Assembly (NCBI GenBank): GCA_965240325.2
Contig: OZ251248.1
Span: 434,001-498,000, forward strand
From: Rebecca billardiae RCC1528
Taxonomy: Eukaryota; Protista; Haptophyta
DNA: 64,000 nucleotides
Direction of reading: 5' to 3'
Shown here: positions 13,013 to 25,410 of the stretch, in pieces
How the letters are laid out: every line of letters begins with the position of its first letter
How positions within the stretch are numbered: the stretch's first letter is position 1
Made by a program: the position numbers and the translations under genes
Notes under the pieces: generated by a model
What the model was told of the DNA's origin: nothing
Seen by the model: the letters and a program-made list of their open reading frames with translations, nothing else
The model's database searches: none

Positions 13013-13499
13013 GTGGGGTTATTGGTACAATAACTGATTGTCTAAGAGGACGACAAGAACGCCGGGCGCCAGCGCCGCTCATCAGCCACATCGCCCTCTA
13101 CCAGACCATCGCCTCAAAGGGCGCTGCTCCCGGACAAACAGTCTGTCCGGGTTGTTCTGCCGCCCAGGAGATCGATTTCCGGCGCCGGCCTCTGCCGCCT
13201 GCTTCGCCAGGCGCGGCGTGCGAGATGGCTCCAGCCAAGCTCGTCCTGCGTCGCCGGCGGCGGCGGCTCGCACGCGGGTGGCGCGTCGCGTGCACCGACC
13301 AACATCTTTCGGCAACACGCACCGCGTCTCGTCGACGGCGAGCGGCATGCCCACCGCATCTGCTGCCGCTCGCCAAGGCATGAGGACACGTAAATCCCAC
13401 TGAGTAGGAACACACGCAGCCGCCTCGGCATCGACATGCCAGGCGGCGTGCCCACCTTCGGCCAGCAGTTGGCGTCGGCGTTCACGAGGACGGCTAGAC
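13013..13499 (+). mobile_element. Short A+B form of the (TA)n-inserting element
   Basis: Inserted in GATGAAC(TA)nACG. The paralogous sites at ~7062-7090 and ~16470-16490 are empty. Confidence 0.85.
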
Positions 13500-14497
13500 A
13501 TATATATATAACGACGAACGCCGTAACGGCGTAATAGTTGAAACGGCCGGCGCCACGGGCACGACCGTATATCGAGTATCGTCAGTATCGACTATATCGC
13601 GGATATATATATATATATATATATATGCTGAAACTACTACGTACTCCGCGCCGCCTGCGGCCCGTGCCACAGTGACTTTAACCTGTTTCTCAAAGACTCA
13701 GAGCCAGGCCCGTACCGTGGTAGTCTACTGTCTCCCTGGACCTGGTAGTCTACTCACTACGTCTACCGTCCCGACGGTATTACGCCGTACGCCGGTACGG
13801 TCTAGGCTCGGCCGGCCCGCCGCGGACGGGCTCGCGGAGCGGACTGCGCGCCGCTGCATTTAACTACGTCATCAAGTGTACGCGTCACTATGCTGACTGT
13901 AGTACCGGCTAGCATGCGCACTCCGCCTGCTGTTACACTCTTCAGGCAGCCGGCGTCAGTCCGTTCACCGAGTTGAATGTTGATGCCGATACCGGGCACC
14001 ACGGGGCTTCGTCGATCTTCGTGTCCAGTCTGACAACCGCCCCGTTCCCGTTGCGGAGTCGCCCCAGGACACCTGTGAGCGGCACCAACGTGACGGCGCC
14101 CGCGCCTGCGGCCCGCAGTCGGCGGTGCCGAAGCCGAGATTTGCTCGCCACGCACGGCTGTCTGTCTGTCACCGATCCACACGCAGCACGTCAGCCTGCC
14201 TCATCGCGTGAGGCAGCAAGGCGGTGGAACGCCGAGGGATGCAAGCGCTTCCGCGAGCGCTCCCGCGAGCGTGATGTGCGCGAGAGCTCACCAGAAGCGG
14301 TCGAGAGGCGAGGGGCTCCGAGGTGCCGACAAGGGTGCTCGTGCCGACGCCATCGGAGTGGCGCGGGCCGAACCGGCGGCGGCGCAGAAGCGAAAACCTC
14401 ACAAATCGTCTGGAAAACGGGAAACGTTCATCAAAGAACTCTGGGCCAGCGGGGCGACGCACGCGCCAGCCGGTGCGCTGTGGACAAGCTGGCCGGC

Positions 14498-15787
14498 ATG
14501 GTCGGCGTGAAGAACCAGAAGCGCGCAGTGTGCGAACATGTTGGCTGCACCAAGGTGCCTTCGTTTGGCATGCCGGGCGACGCGCGCGCCAGCCGGTGCG
14601 CTGCGCACAAGCTGGCCGGCATGGTTGACGTGAAGAATAGCAGTTGTGCTCACACCGGCTGCACCAAGGGGCCTTCGTTTGGCATGCCGGGTGACGCGCG
14701 CGCCAGCCGGTGCGCTGTGCACAAGCTGGCTGGCATGGTCGACCTGAAGCACCCCAAGTGCGATCACACCGGCTGCACCAAGGTGCCTTCGTTCGGCATG
14801 CTGGGCGACGCGCGCCCCAGCCGGTGCGCTGCGCACAAGCTGGCTGGCATGGTCGACCTGAAGAACCCCAAGTGTGATCACACAGGCTGCACCAAGGTGC
14901 CTTCGTTCGGCATGCCGGGCGACGCGGGCTCCAGCCGGTGCGCTACGCACAAGCTTGCCGGCATGGTCGACCTGAAGAGCCGCAAGTGCGATCACACCGG
15001 CTGCACCACGCGGCCTTACTTCGGGATGCCGGGCGACGCGGGCGCCAGCCGGTGCGCTACGCACAAGCTGGTTGGCATGGTCGACCTGAAGAGCCGCAAG
15101 TGTGACCACGCAGGCTGCACCAAGCAGCCTTTGTTCGGCATGCCGGGTGACGCGCGCGCCAGCCGGTGCGCTGTGCACAAGCTGACCGGCATGGTCGACG
15201 TGGTGAAGCGCAAGTGTGATCACACCGGCTGCACCAAGGGGCCTTCGTTTGGCATGCCGGGCGACGCGCGCGCCAGCCGGTGCGCTACGCACAAGCTGGC
15301 CGGCATGGTCGACCTGAAGAACCCCAGGTGTGATCGCACGGGCTGCACCACGCGGCCTTCGTTCGGCATGCCGGGCGACGCGCGCGCCAGCCGGTGCGCT
15401 ACGCACAAGCTGGCCGGCATGGTCGACGTGGTGAGCCGCAAGTGTGATCACGCCCGCTGCACCAAGCGGCCTTCGTTTGGCATGCCGGGCGACGCGCGCG
15501 CCAGCCGGTGCGCTGTGCACAAGCTGGCTGCCATGAAGCGCCTTGAGTGTGGTGCGCACATTCGGCACAAGCGTGGGCTGGAGCAAGGCTCGAGCACCAC
15601 AGCGTCCAGCGCCGCCAAGCGACAGCGGACGCGCACCAGCAGCACAGGCACGACCTCTGACGCAGCAGCAGCCGCAGCGCAGCCGCGGCCGCGGTCGCAG
15701 CTGCCGCCGGTGGTCAAGGCCCGCGTTGCATCGACACCACTATCGCATTCTGCACGGCCTGTGGTGATGGCTAGGCGGGTCAACTGA
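14498..15787 (+). CDS. EsV-1-7-like repeat protein, copy 5 (9 repeats)
   Basis: 1290 bp = 9x114+264; carries an upstream deletion relative to the other copies. Confidence 0.8.
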   Translation: MVGVKNQKRAVCEHVGCTKVPSFGMPGDARASRCAAHKLAGMVDVKNSSCAHTGCTKGPSFGMPGDARASRCAVHKLAGMVDLKHPKCDHTGCTKVPSFGMLGDARPSRCAAHKLAGMVDLKNPKCDHTGCTKVPSFGMPGDAGSSRCATHKLAGMVDLKSRKCDHTGCTTRPYFGMPGDAGASRCATHKLVGMVDLKSRKCDHAGCTKQPLFGMPGDARASRCAVHKLTGMVDVVKRKCDHTGCTKGPSFGMPGDARASRCATHKLAGMVDLKNPRCDRTGCTTRPSFGMPGDARASRCATHKLAGMVDVVSRKCDHARCTKRPSFGMPGDARASRCAVHKLAAMKRLECGAHIRHKRGLEQGSSTTASSAAKRQRTRTSSTGTTSDAAAAAAQPRPRSQLPPVVKARVASTPLSHSARPVVMARRVN

Positions 15788-15831
15788 CCGCCGCCCGGCG
15801 CGCCGCCGCCGCCGCCGCCACCGCTGTGCTC

Positions 15832-16244
15832 TCGCGCGAGGAGATCGCAGGGCCAATCGTCGAGGTGCTCGCCGAGATCTGCGAGCGCGTGCGTGTGCTC
15901 CCGGCGAGCGGCGTCGACGCGGGCGCGCTCGGTGGATGCTCGTCTCTCCCGCCGACCTCGAGGCGGAAGCGGCGGCGGCGGCAACGGAGGAGCGCAAGGA
16001 GGCGCAGGCGCGCGAGGCGGTGCAGGCAAAGGAGGCGGCGCGGCTGGAGATGCGCGCCGTGCCGCCCGAGCAGATGTTCCGCCCCGAGAACGACGTGCTC
16101 TTCGGACGCGAGGCGCCGTTCACGCAGTGCGCGCCCCGCGCAGTGCGCCGTGCGCGCTACGCGTGTCGCGCCTGTGTCCGCCGGCGCAAGCGCGCGGAGA
16201 AGGTGTTCAGCAAGCACAAGGTCAAGGCCATCTTTGTGAAGTGA
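15832..16244 (+). pseudogene. CysRS C-terminal fragment (Y type)
   Basis: Same structure as 6427-6839. Confidence 0.6.
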
Positions 16245-16539
16245 ATGGCCGCCGTCTGCGCCCGACTTGCTTGATGTGGCGCAAACCCCGCTGCCGCCCG
16301 CGTGCCGTGCTCGACGGATATAGCCGCTGCACGCGTACAGCAGCGGCACGGCGCAGTCGTCAGTCCGGCCCGCCGCCCGTCACTACTGTCTACTCACTCT
16401 GCAGCGGCACGCCAAGCACCGTATATATAAGGTTGAACTTTTCCTTTGGTCCGATCTGTATATCTAGCTGATGAACTATATATATAACGACTAACGCCGT
16501 AACGGCGTAATAGTTGAAACGGCCGGCGCCACGGGCATA

Positions 16540-18315
16540 CAGTGTGAGACCCCCACTGCCGAATCGGACATCAGACGCCACTGGCGGAGCCTCGGCTCAA
16601 CCCCGCAAAATGGCGGCCGGCCGGCGCTCCCTCGCGGTTCGATGCACGCTGCTCGCTGGCCTGCGGTAGGCGCCGCCTTGCCCGGGGGAAGCGGCGAGGT
16701 GGACACGGGCTGACTTGGTGAGTACTACCCCCAGTTGCGCACGGCAGCCAGGGCAGAACAGCGCATCTCGACCGACCTTTCGCCCGCGCGCAAACCTGGC
16801 GCCCAATCGGCCGAGCCACGCGATGAGCTGTGCGCGCCACCGTGCAGCACGGCAATCGTGTCAGAAGCAGGAAATCTGAATTAAAGAGATTATGCGCAAG
16901 TGGGTACGCAAGCGAACAGAGTGTTTTCGGACACTTGGATCGCTCATTCTGACCATGGTCACCCCCTCCGTACGCACTCGCGTGTTTGCGGACGCTTGCG
17001 CAGGGAAGCAGCATGGTCAAATTCGGAGTTTCCAGGGCAGTGCGCTCCCTTCGAGTGACCTGCGGCGCATGCCCCATACTCGCATGACCCCTACGTGCAC
17101 GACCGTACACTCGAGCCCCGCCTTCCAGCTCCACGCTCAACCTGGACGCTCGTCGCTCGCGGCCGAGCCAGCGCTGACCCTTTGCGGCAAGCGACAGGCG
17201 ACCGCGCAGCAGTGCGGAGGGTAGAAAGCCTCGATCGTGGGGAGCCGATGTGAAGGATGTCCACGGGTACGTGCGCGCGTGACGCACGAGCGCTTTCGGA
17301 CGCGCGCGCTGCTCGTTCTGACCGTTGTCACCCTACCGTTCGTCGGTGTCGCCTGCTCCGTTTGAACGCGCGCTCGCGCAGGACAGCAGCACGTGCAGAT
17401 TCACGTTGCTCAAGGCCGCCCACGACGTGCGCGTGGCCCACGCCGCACGAGGCGCACCTCGCAATCCATCGCGAGGTCGTGCTTGCGGCGTCCTGTCGCC
17501 TCGGCATGCGCAGCTAGCCTCGGATTTGGCGCTCCACGAGCTGCAGCAGCCGGCGACGCCCGCACGGCCCACCGGATGCCGAGCAGGAAGTGAGGGCGCG
17601 CGCTTGTCCATGCACGCGCTCTGAAGGTTAGCACGCGTTATCAGCCCCATGTGCCGCTGGAACTCACACATATCGACCCCGAGCGAACGCGCACGCCCAT
17701 CCTCGTCGCGCCGCGCAGTCCTTCTACAGCTGCACGAGCACGACGTTTGACAGCTGCTGTCGGAGTGCGGAAGTGGTACGGCACTGCCGTACGCCCGGCT
17801 CAGATGGCGACATGCTGCTCTGGGCGATGCTGCGTGAGGGCCTGCGCAATCGAGGCCGCGCTCAGCTTCACGTCGGGCGCGATGTACTCGCTCAGACAGC
17901 ACACTACAGCGCACACCCGACGCCGCGCGTCACGGCTCCGAGCGGCTACCGGTCTGCAAATCTTCCTGCTGACGTACGTGGCCGCTGCATCCGAGACAGG
18001 TCTGCAGCTGCGATCTCGCGCGTCGGACGCAACCGGGCCATGGCTGGTGCACGCAGCACGACATCGAGCTCTTCCGCTCGTGCGTCCTTCTCCCCATTTG
18101 GCGCGGCGTTGCTGGCCTCCATGCTTCCAGGAGGGTCAAAAGACCCCCCCTTTTCGCCCGGCGCGGCGGAAAGGCGTGCAGCGAGCTGCTCTCGCGGCTT
18201 GTGTGCACCGCGGGGGTTGCGCCGGGTCGAGCCAAGCCAACTTTCGCTGAGAGTCTCACGGCGGATCGCGAGCAAACGTCTGATGTCCGGTCTCTCACTG
18301 GGGGGTCTCACACTG
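16540..18315. mobile_element. Non-autonomous Tc1/mariner-like TIR element (~1.78 kb)
   Basis: TA|CAGTGTGAGACCCCC...GGGGGTCTCACACTG|TA with a further inverted match CGGACATCAGACG. Absent at the paralogous site ~13551-13570. No recognisable transposase. Confidence 0.8.
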
Positions 18316-18980
18316 TACACGACCGTATATCCGGAGTATCGACTATTATCGCAAATATATTAACGACGTGGCAGCATCCGACAAGCGTCAGGCTCAGAGT
18401 GCAACAGACACATAGAATGCGTCCGCGCCTTCCGTCCAGGTCAGACAGTGCGCCACCCGCAGCCCTGCCCCCCTACGGGAGCGGGGCCGGGATGGAGCAC
18501 CGCCTCGGCCTGGGGCACGCGGCGGCGACGGCAGATGCCGCCGCGGCCGAGCGCCTTCCGGAGCACTTGGATGAGGGTGAGGTCGTAGTCGATGTCGCCG
18601 CCCGCCGACCTAGCGGCGAGCAGCTCCGGCAAGCGGCAGCCGCGGCTGTCGCCCCCGTGCGCCCGTGTGGGCGCCTGGATGAGGATGAGGTCGTAGTACG
18701 CGTCGCCGCGCGCCGGCCAAGCGGCGCGCAGCTGCAGAAGAGGGGCTCGGAGAGTGAGCGCGCCGCCTAGCGCGCTCTGGGCGATGAAGCAGATGAGGTG
18801 GTAGTCGATGTATATATGCTGAAACTACTACGTACTCCGCCGCGCCGCCTGCGGCCCGTGCCACAGTGACTTTAACCTGTTTCTCAAAGACTCAGAGCAG
18901 GCCCGTACCGTGGTAGTCTACTGTCTCCCTGGACCTGGTAGTCTACTCACTACGTAGTACGTCTACCGTCCCGACGGTAT

Positions 18981-20354
18981 TAACGTCTTAACCCCTATTG
19001 TGGAACGATTTTCGGGTTTTCCGCCCCTAGGGCGAGGTAGTGCGGCTCGGCGAGCGATCTTAAGGTGTCAGGTACTGGCCATGGGTCCTACCGAAGGGAC
19101 CATACACCTCTGAGGGTGCGGAGCTCGGAACTCGCCCGCGCGCGCGCGCGCGCGCGCGCGCGCCCGCGGGGTGCGTCGACGGGTCGACTGACCCCTATTG
19201 TGGAACGATTTTGGTTCCTCGCTCAGGACGGTGCCACTGCTGGCTCCTGAGCGTTCGCAGTCGGCCCACTGGCGCTCGCCGGCGCGCTGGTGGTGTGGGC
19301 ACCCGCCCTCGACCCCGCAGCCGCCGGGGGGCACGTCTTGCCCGCGCGAACCCTCTCCACAATGAGTGATGCGGTCGACGAGCGTGTCCGTCATCGACGC
19401 TCGCTCGCCTTCGCGTGGCGCCTGAGCCGCCGCCGACACCACCGCTTCCAGGGCATGCTGGAGAGCGTCGAGAAGGGCGCGCCGCTACGCAGGAAGAGAA
19501 GCGCCGCATCGATGCAGACCTGCCGCGTGGTCGGCGCGAAGCCGAGTAGCGCTATCTCCGCGACCCAGTTGGTGTGCATCTGCTCGACCGTCACAGCCGC
19601 TCAGCCGCGGCTTCAGCCCCAGCGGCCTCGACGGGCTGGTCGGGTCCTTCACCATCCGACAGAGCGTGGCCCGTTGTCACGGCGTATGAGCCGAAGTCGG
19701 CGACAGCTGTGCCCTCACGCAGCTCCCCACTCTACACACAGTCCCTGATGGCTGCATCCGGCGGGTCGTAGTCCACTCGCGCCCAGCCGCTTCGTGCGGC
19801 GCGGCTCTCGCGCGGTCGGCAGGCGATGAAGCTGCTTTGCGGGGTTGGGCGTCGCCTGACGGTCCGGCACCTTCGGCTACGCGTTCATCATCGCCACCAG
19901 TCAGCTCGCGCCGCCGCACCGCCCCCCGCCGCGGCGGGGCGTCCTCGACCCTCCAAACCAGGAATCAGCCATGCTGACCTGACCCAATTCGTGTCACTCG
20001 CGCTCCATCCACGAGTGCGGCAGCGGCAAGCCGGCTTGATTCCCTGCCCGGGCTGCTTTCGGGGAGCTCCCAAAAATACCGTGCGCGCCCTCCCGGCCGA
20101 AGCTTCGGCCTACAGAAGCCGAAAACCATTTTTTCACACCAGATTCTCAGCTCTGACTCCAGCAAACGATCGGCTGCGGACGGCGCTGGGGCGGGGCTAT
20201 GACGACGTTCTTGGGCTCATTGGACGCGCCTTGGCCAGGCGCACACGGCGGTAGCCGCCGATCTCATCGCCTCCGCGACATCCGAGCTCTACATAGGAAA
20301 AACTGGCGCCGTTCCACAATAGGGGTCCGTTCCACAATAGGGGTTAAGACGCTA
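18981..20354. mobile_element. Non-autonomous TIR element with 4-bp TSD (GTAT)
   Basis: 27-bp TIRs TAACGTCTTAACCCCTATTGTGGAACG / CGTTCCACAATAGGGGTTAAGACGCTA (1 mismatch). GTAT on both sides; empty site ACGGTATTACGCC at ~13774. Confidence 0.85.
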
Positions 20355-21118
20355 GTATTACGCCGTACGGTCTAGGCTCGGCCGGCCCGCCGCGGACGGG
20401 CTCGCGGAGCGGACTGCGCGCCGCTGCATTTAACTACGTCATCAAGTGTACGCGTCACTATGCTGACTGTAGTACCGGCTAGCATGCGCACTCCGCCTGC
20501 TGTTACACTCTTCAGGCAGCCGGCGTCAGTCCGTTCACCGTTGAATGTTGATTGTTGATGCCGATACCGGGCACCACGGGGCTTCGTCGATCTTCGTGTC
20601 CAGTCTGACAACCGCCCCGTTCCCGTTGCGGAGTCGCCCCAGGACACCTGTGAGCGGCACCAACGTGACGGCGCCCGCGCCTGCGGCCCGCAGTCGGCGG
20701 TGCCGAAGCCGAGATTTGCTCGCCACGCACGGCTGTCTGTCTGTCACCGATCCACACGCAGCACGTCAGCCTGCCTCATCGCGTGAGGCAGCAAGGCGGT
20801 GGAACGCCGAGGGATGCAAGCGCTTCCGCGAGCGCTCCCGCGAGCGTGATGTGCGCGAGAGCTCACCAGAAGCGGTCGAGAGGCGAGGGGCTCCGAGGTG
20901 CCGACAAGGGTGGTCGTGCCGACGCCATCGGAGTGGCGCGGGCCGAACCGGCGGCGGCGCAGAAGCGAAAACCTCACAAATCGTCTGGAAAACGGGAAAC
21001 GTTCATCAAAGAACTCTGGGCGCAGGACTGCTGCAGCCCTCTGCGTGGGCGAGGAGCGGTCGTCGGCCAGCGGGGCGACGCACGCGCCAGCCGGTGCGCT
21101 GTGGACAAGCTGGCCGGC

Positions 21119-22066
21119 ATGGTCGGCGTGAAGAACCAGAAGCGCGCAGTGTGCGAACATGTTGGCTGCTCCAAGGTGCCTTCGTTTGGCATGCCGGGCG
21201 ATGCGCGTGCCAGCCGGTGCGCTACGCACAAGCTGGCCGGCATGGTCGACGTGGTGAGCCGCAAGTGTGATCACGCCCGCTGCACCAAGCGGCCTTCGTT
21301 CGGCATGCCGGGCGGCGCGCGCGCCAGCCGGTGCGCTGCGCACAAGCTGGCCGGCATGGTCGACCTGAATCACCCCAAGTGTGATCACACAGGCTGCACC
21401 AAGCAGCCTTACTTCGGGATGCCGGGCGACGCGCGCGCCAGCCGGTGCGCTGTGCACAAGCTGGCCGGCATGGTCGACCTGAAGAACCGCAAGTGTGAGC
21501 ACACAGGCTGCACCAAGCAGCCTTCGTTCGGCATGCCGGGCGACGCGTGCGCCAGCCGGTGCGCTACGCACAAGCTGGCCGGCATGGTCGACCTGAAGCA
21601 CCCCAAGTGTGATCACGCAGGCTGCACCAAGGTGCCTTCGGTCGGCATGCCGGGCGACGCGCGCGCCAGCCGGTGCGCTGCGCACAAGCTGGCCGGCATG
21701 GTCGACGTGGTGAGCCGCAAGTGTGATCACGCAGGCTGCACCAAGGTGCCTTCGTTCGGCATGCCGGGCGACGCGCGCGCCAGCCGGTGCGCTACGCACA
21801 AGCTGGCTGCCATGAAGCGCCTTGCGAGTGGTGCGCACATTCGGCACAAGCGTGGGCTGGAGCAAGGCACGCGCACCAAAGCGTCCAGCGCCGCCAAGCG
21901 ACAGCGGACGCGCACCAGCAGCACAGGCACGACCTCAGACGCCGCAGCAGCCGCAGCGCAGCCGCGGCCGCGGTCGCAGCTGCCGCCGGTGGTCAAGGCC
22001 CGCGTTGCATCGACGCCACTACCGCATACTGCACGGCCTGTGGTGATGGCTAGGCGGGTCAACTGA
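21119..22066 (+). CDS. EsV-1-7-like repeat protein, copy 6 (6 repeats)
   Basis: 948 bp = 6x114+264; frame open from 20783. Confidence 0.8.
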   Translation: MVGVKNQKRAVCEHVGCSKVPSFGMPGDARASRCATHKLAGMVDVVSRKCDHARCTKRPSFGMPGGARASRCAAHKLAGMVDLNHPKCDHTGCTKQPYFGMPGDARASRCAVHKLAGMVDLKNRKCEHTGCTKQPSFGMPGDACASRCATHKLAGMVDLKHPKCDHAGCTKVPSVGMPGDARASRCAAHKLAGMVDVVSRKCDHAGCTKVPSFGMPGDARASRCATHKLAAMKRLASGAHIRHKRGLEQGTRTKASSAAKRQRTRTSSTGTTSDAAAAAAQPRPRSQLPPVVKARVASTPLPHTARPVVMARRVN

Positions 22067-22110
22067 CCGCCGCCCGGCGCGCCGCCGCCGCCGCCGCCAC
22101 CGCTGTGCTC

Positions 22111-22625
22111 TCGCGCGAGGAGATCGCAGTTCCGATCGTCGAGGTGCTCGCCGAGTTCTGCGAGCGCGTGCGCGCGCTCGCGGCGAGCGGCGCCGACGCG
22201 GGCGCGCTCGGTGGATGCTCGTCTCGCCCGCCGACCTCGAGGCGGAGACGGCGGCGGCGGCAACGGAGGAGCGCAAGAAGGCGCAGGCGCGCGAGGCGGT
22301 GCAGGCAAAGGAGGCGGCGCGGCTGGCGACGCGCGCCGTGCCGCCCGAGCAGATGTTCCGCCCCGAGAACGACGTGCTCTTCGGACGCGAGGCGCCGTTC
22401 ACGCAGTGCGCGCCGCGCGCCGTGCGCCGCGCGCGCCACGCGTGCCGCGCCTGCGTCCGCCGCTCACCGCCCCTCGGGCGCTGGCCGACGCCCCCCGGGC
22501 TGCAGGTGGGACGACAGCGGCCTGCCCACGCACGGCGCAGACGGCGAGCCGCTCAGCAAGGGCGCGCGCAAGCGCGCGGAGAAGGCGTTCAGCAAGCACA
22601 AGGCCAACTTTGAGCGCAGAAGTGA
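22111..22625 (+). pseudogene. CysRS C-terminal fragment (X type)
   Basis: Same structure as 3893-4402, with a small insertion before the stop. Confidence 0.6.
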
Positions 22626-23620
22626 ATGGCCGCCTGGCTGCGCCTGACTTGCTTGATTTTGATGTGGCTCAAACCCCGCTGCCGCCCGCTTGCCGCGCGC
22701 GACGGATAAATTTATACGTACATACTAAATAGGCCGCCGCCCGCCGTCTCTGACTCTGAGCCTGAGTCTGAGGCCGTCGGCGTCGGCGGCCCGGTCGCGG
22801 ACTGCGGCCGGGGCCGCGCCGGCCCGCCCGCCGCCCCGCCGGGCCCGGGGCGCCGCTGCATGATCTCGACTGAGTAAATAAATTTGTTTCAACCGCCACC
22901 GGCACTCGTCCGGGCGCCCCGTCGTCTGACGTCATTCATCTGAACTGCTGTGCGGACGATTGTACGACTGGCATGGGCGCACTCGATGTGCCTGCTGTGA
23001 AGCTCTTCGTCAGACAGCCCGTCAGTTGACGATACCGACTCATACCGCCGGGGCCACCGGCCGCGAGTTCACGGCGGTGTCGGCGCACTTCGTCTTCGTA
23101 TCCAGTCTGACAACCGCTCTCCATTCCCGTTGCGAAGTCGACCCACGACACATGTGGGCGGCGCCAAGGTGACGGCGCCCGCGCCTGCGGCCCGCAGTCG
23201 GCGGTGCCGAAGCCGAGCTTTGCTCGCCACGCACGGCTGTCTGTCTGTCACCGATCCACGCGCAGCACGTCGGCCGGCCTGCCTCATCGCGTGAGGCAGC
23301 AAGGCGGTGGAACGCCGAGGGATGCGAGCGCTTCCGCGAGCGCTCCCGCGAGCGTGATGTGCGCACGAGCTCACCAGAAGCGGTCGAGAGGCGAGGGGCT
23401 CCGAGGTGCCGACAAGGGTGGTCGTGCCGACGCCATCGGAGTCGCGCGGGCCGAACCGGCGCGGCTGGAGAAGCGGAAATCGTCATGCGGAAAACGGGAA
23501 ACGTTCATGTCGGCGCAGAGGACTGCTGCAGGCTGCAGCCCTCCGCCTGGGCGAGGAGCGGTCGTCGGCCAACGGGGCGACGCGCGCGCCAGCCGGTGCG
23601 CTGTGGACAAGCTGGCTGGC

Positions 23621-25366
23621 ATGGTCGGCGTGAAGCACCAGAAGCGCGCAGTGTGCGAACATGTTGGCTGCACCAAGGTGCCTTCGTTTGGCATGCCGGG
23701 CGACGCGCGCGCCAGCCGGTGCGCTACACACAAGCTGGCCGGCATGGTCGACGTGGTGAGCCGCAGGTGTGATCACGCGGGCTGCACCACGCGCCCTTTG
23801 TGTGGCATGCCGGGTGACGCACGCGCCAGCCGGTGCGCTGCGCATAAGCTGGCCGGCATGGTCGACGTGGTGAACCGCAAGTGTGATTGTACCGGCTGCA
23901 TCAAGCGGCCTTACTTCGGCATGCCGGGTGACGCGCGCGCCAGCCGGTGCGCTGCGCACAAGCTGGCTGGCATGATCGACGTGGTGAGCCGCAAGTGTGA
24001 ATGTACCGGCTGCACCAAGGTGCCTTCGTTTGGCATGCCGGGCGACGCACGCGCAAGCCGGTGCGCTACGCACAAGCTGGCCGGCATGGTCGACCTGAAG
24101 CACCCCAAGTGCGATCACACCGGCTGCACCAAGGTGCCTTCGTTCGGCATGCTGGGCGACGCGCGCCCCAGCCGGTGCGCTGCGCATAAGCTGGCCGGCA
24201 TGGTCGACGTGGTGAGCCGCAAGTGTGATCACGCAGGCTGCACCAAGGTGCCTTCGGTCGGCATGCCGGGCGACGCGCGCGCCAGCCGGTGCGCTACGCA
24301 CAAGCTGGTTGGCATGGTCGACCTGAAGCACCCCAAGTGTGATCACACAGGCTGCACCAAGCGGCCTTCGTTCGGCATGCCGGGCGACGCGGGCGCCAGC
24401 CGGTGCGCTACGCACAAGCTGGCCGGCATGGTCGACCTGGAGAACCGCAAGTGTGATCACACAGGCTGCACCAAGCAGCCTTCGTTCGGCATGCCGGGCG
24501 ACGCGCGCGCCAGCCGGTGCGCTGTGCACAAGCTGACCGGCATGGTCGACGTGTTGAAGCGCAAGTGTGATCACACAGGCTGCACCAAGCGGCCCTCGTT
24601 CGGCATGCCGGGCGACGCGCGCGCCAGCCGGTGCGCTACGCACAAGCTGGCCGGCATGGTCGACGTGAAGCACCCCAAGTGTGAGCACGCAGGCTGCACC
24701 AAGTGGCCTTCATTCGGCATGCCGGGCGACGCGCGCGCCAGCCGGTGCGCTGTGCACAAGCTGACCGGCATGGTTCACGTGTTGAAGCGCAAGTGTGATC
24801 ACACAGGCTGCACCAAGCGGCCTTCGTTCGGCATGCCGGGCGACGCGGGCGCCAGCCGGTGCGCTACGCACAAGCTGGCCGGCATGGTCGACCTGAAGCA
24901 CCCCAAGTGTGAGCACGCAGGCTGCACCAAGTGGCCTTCATTCGGCATGCCGGGCGACGCGCGCGCCAGCCGGTGCGCTGTGCACAAGCTGACCGGCATG
25001 GTTCACGTGTTGAAGCGCAAGTGTGATCACACAGGCTGCACCAAGCGGCCTTCGTTCGGCATGCCGGGCGACGCGCGCGCCAGCCGGTGCGCTGTGCACA
25101 AGCTGGCTGCCATGAAGCGCCTTGGGAGTGGTGCGCACATTCGGCACAAGCGTGGGCTGGAGCAAGGCTCGAGCACCACAGCGTCGAGCGCCGCCAAGCG
25201 ACAGCGGACGCACACCAGCAGCACAGGCACGACCTCTGACGCCGCAGCAGCCGCAGCGCAGCCGCGGCCGCGGTCGCAGCTGCCGCCGGTGGTCAAGGCC
25301 CGCCTTGCATCGACACCACTATCGCATTCTGCACGGCCTGTGGTGATGGCTAGGCGGGTCAACTGA
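23621..25366 (+). CDS. EsV-1-7-like repeat protein, copy 7 (13 repeats)
   Basis: 1746 bp = 13x114+264; frame open from 23204. Confidence 0.85.
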   Translation: MVGVKHQKRAVCEHVGCTKVPSFGMPGDARASRCATHKLAGMVDVVSRRCDHAGCTTRPLCGMPGDARASRCAAHKLAGMVDVVNRKCDCTGCIKRPYFGMPGDARASRCAAHKLAGMIDVVSRKCECTGCTKVPSFGMPGDARASRCATHKLAGMVDLKHPKCDHTGCTKVPSFGMLGDARPSRCAAHKLAGMVDVVSRKCDHAGCTKVPSVGMPGDARASRCATHKLVGMVDLKHPKCDHTGCTKRPSFGMPGDAGASRCATHKLAGMVDLENRKCDHTGCTKQPSFGMPGDARASRCAVHKLTGMVDVLKRKCDHTGCTKRPSFGMPGDARASRCATHKLAGMVDVKHPKCEHAGCTKWPSFGMPGDARASRCAVHKLTGMVHVLKRKCDHTGCTKRPSFGMPGDAGASRCATHKLAGMVDLKHPKCEHAGCTKWPSFGMPGDARASRCAVHKLTGMVHVLKRKCDHTGCTKRPSFGMPGDARASRCAVHKLAAMKRLGSGAHIRHKRGLEQGSSTTASSAAKRQRTHTSSTGTTSDAAAAAAQPRPRSQLPPVVKARLASTPLSHSARPVVMARRVN

Positions 25367-25410
25367 CCGCCGCCCGGCGCGCCGCCGCTGCCGCCGCCGC
25401 CGCCGCAATC

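Noticed and set aside
13012-13500. Classical solo LTR (TG...CA)
   Set aside because: The terminal T and A belong to the TA tract, since the internal junction at ~29944 lacks them. No 4-6 bp TSD is present.
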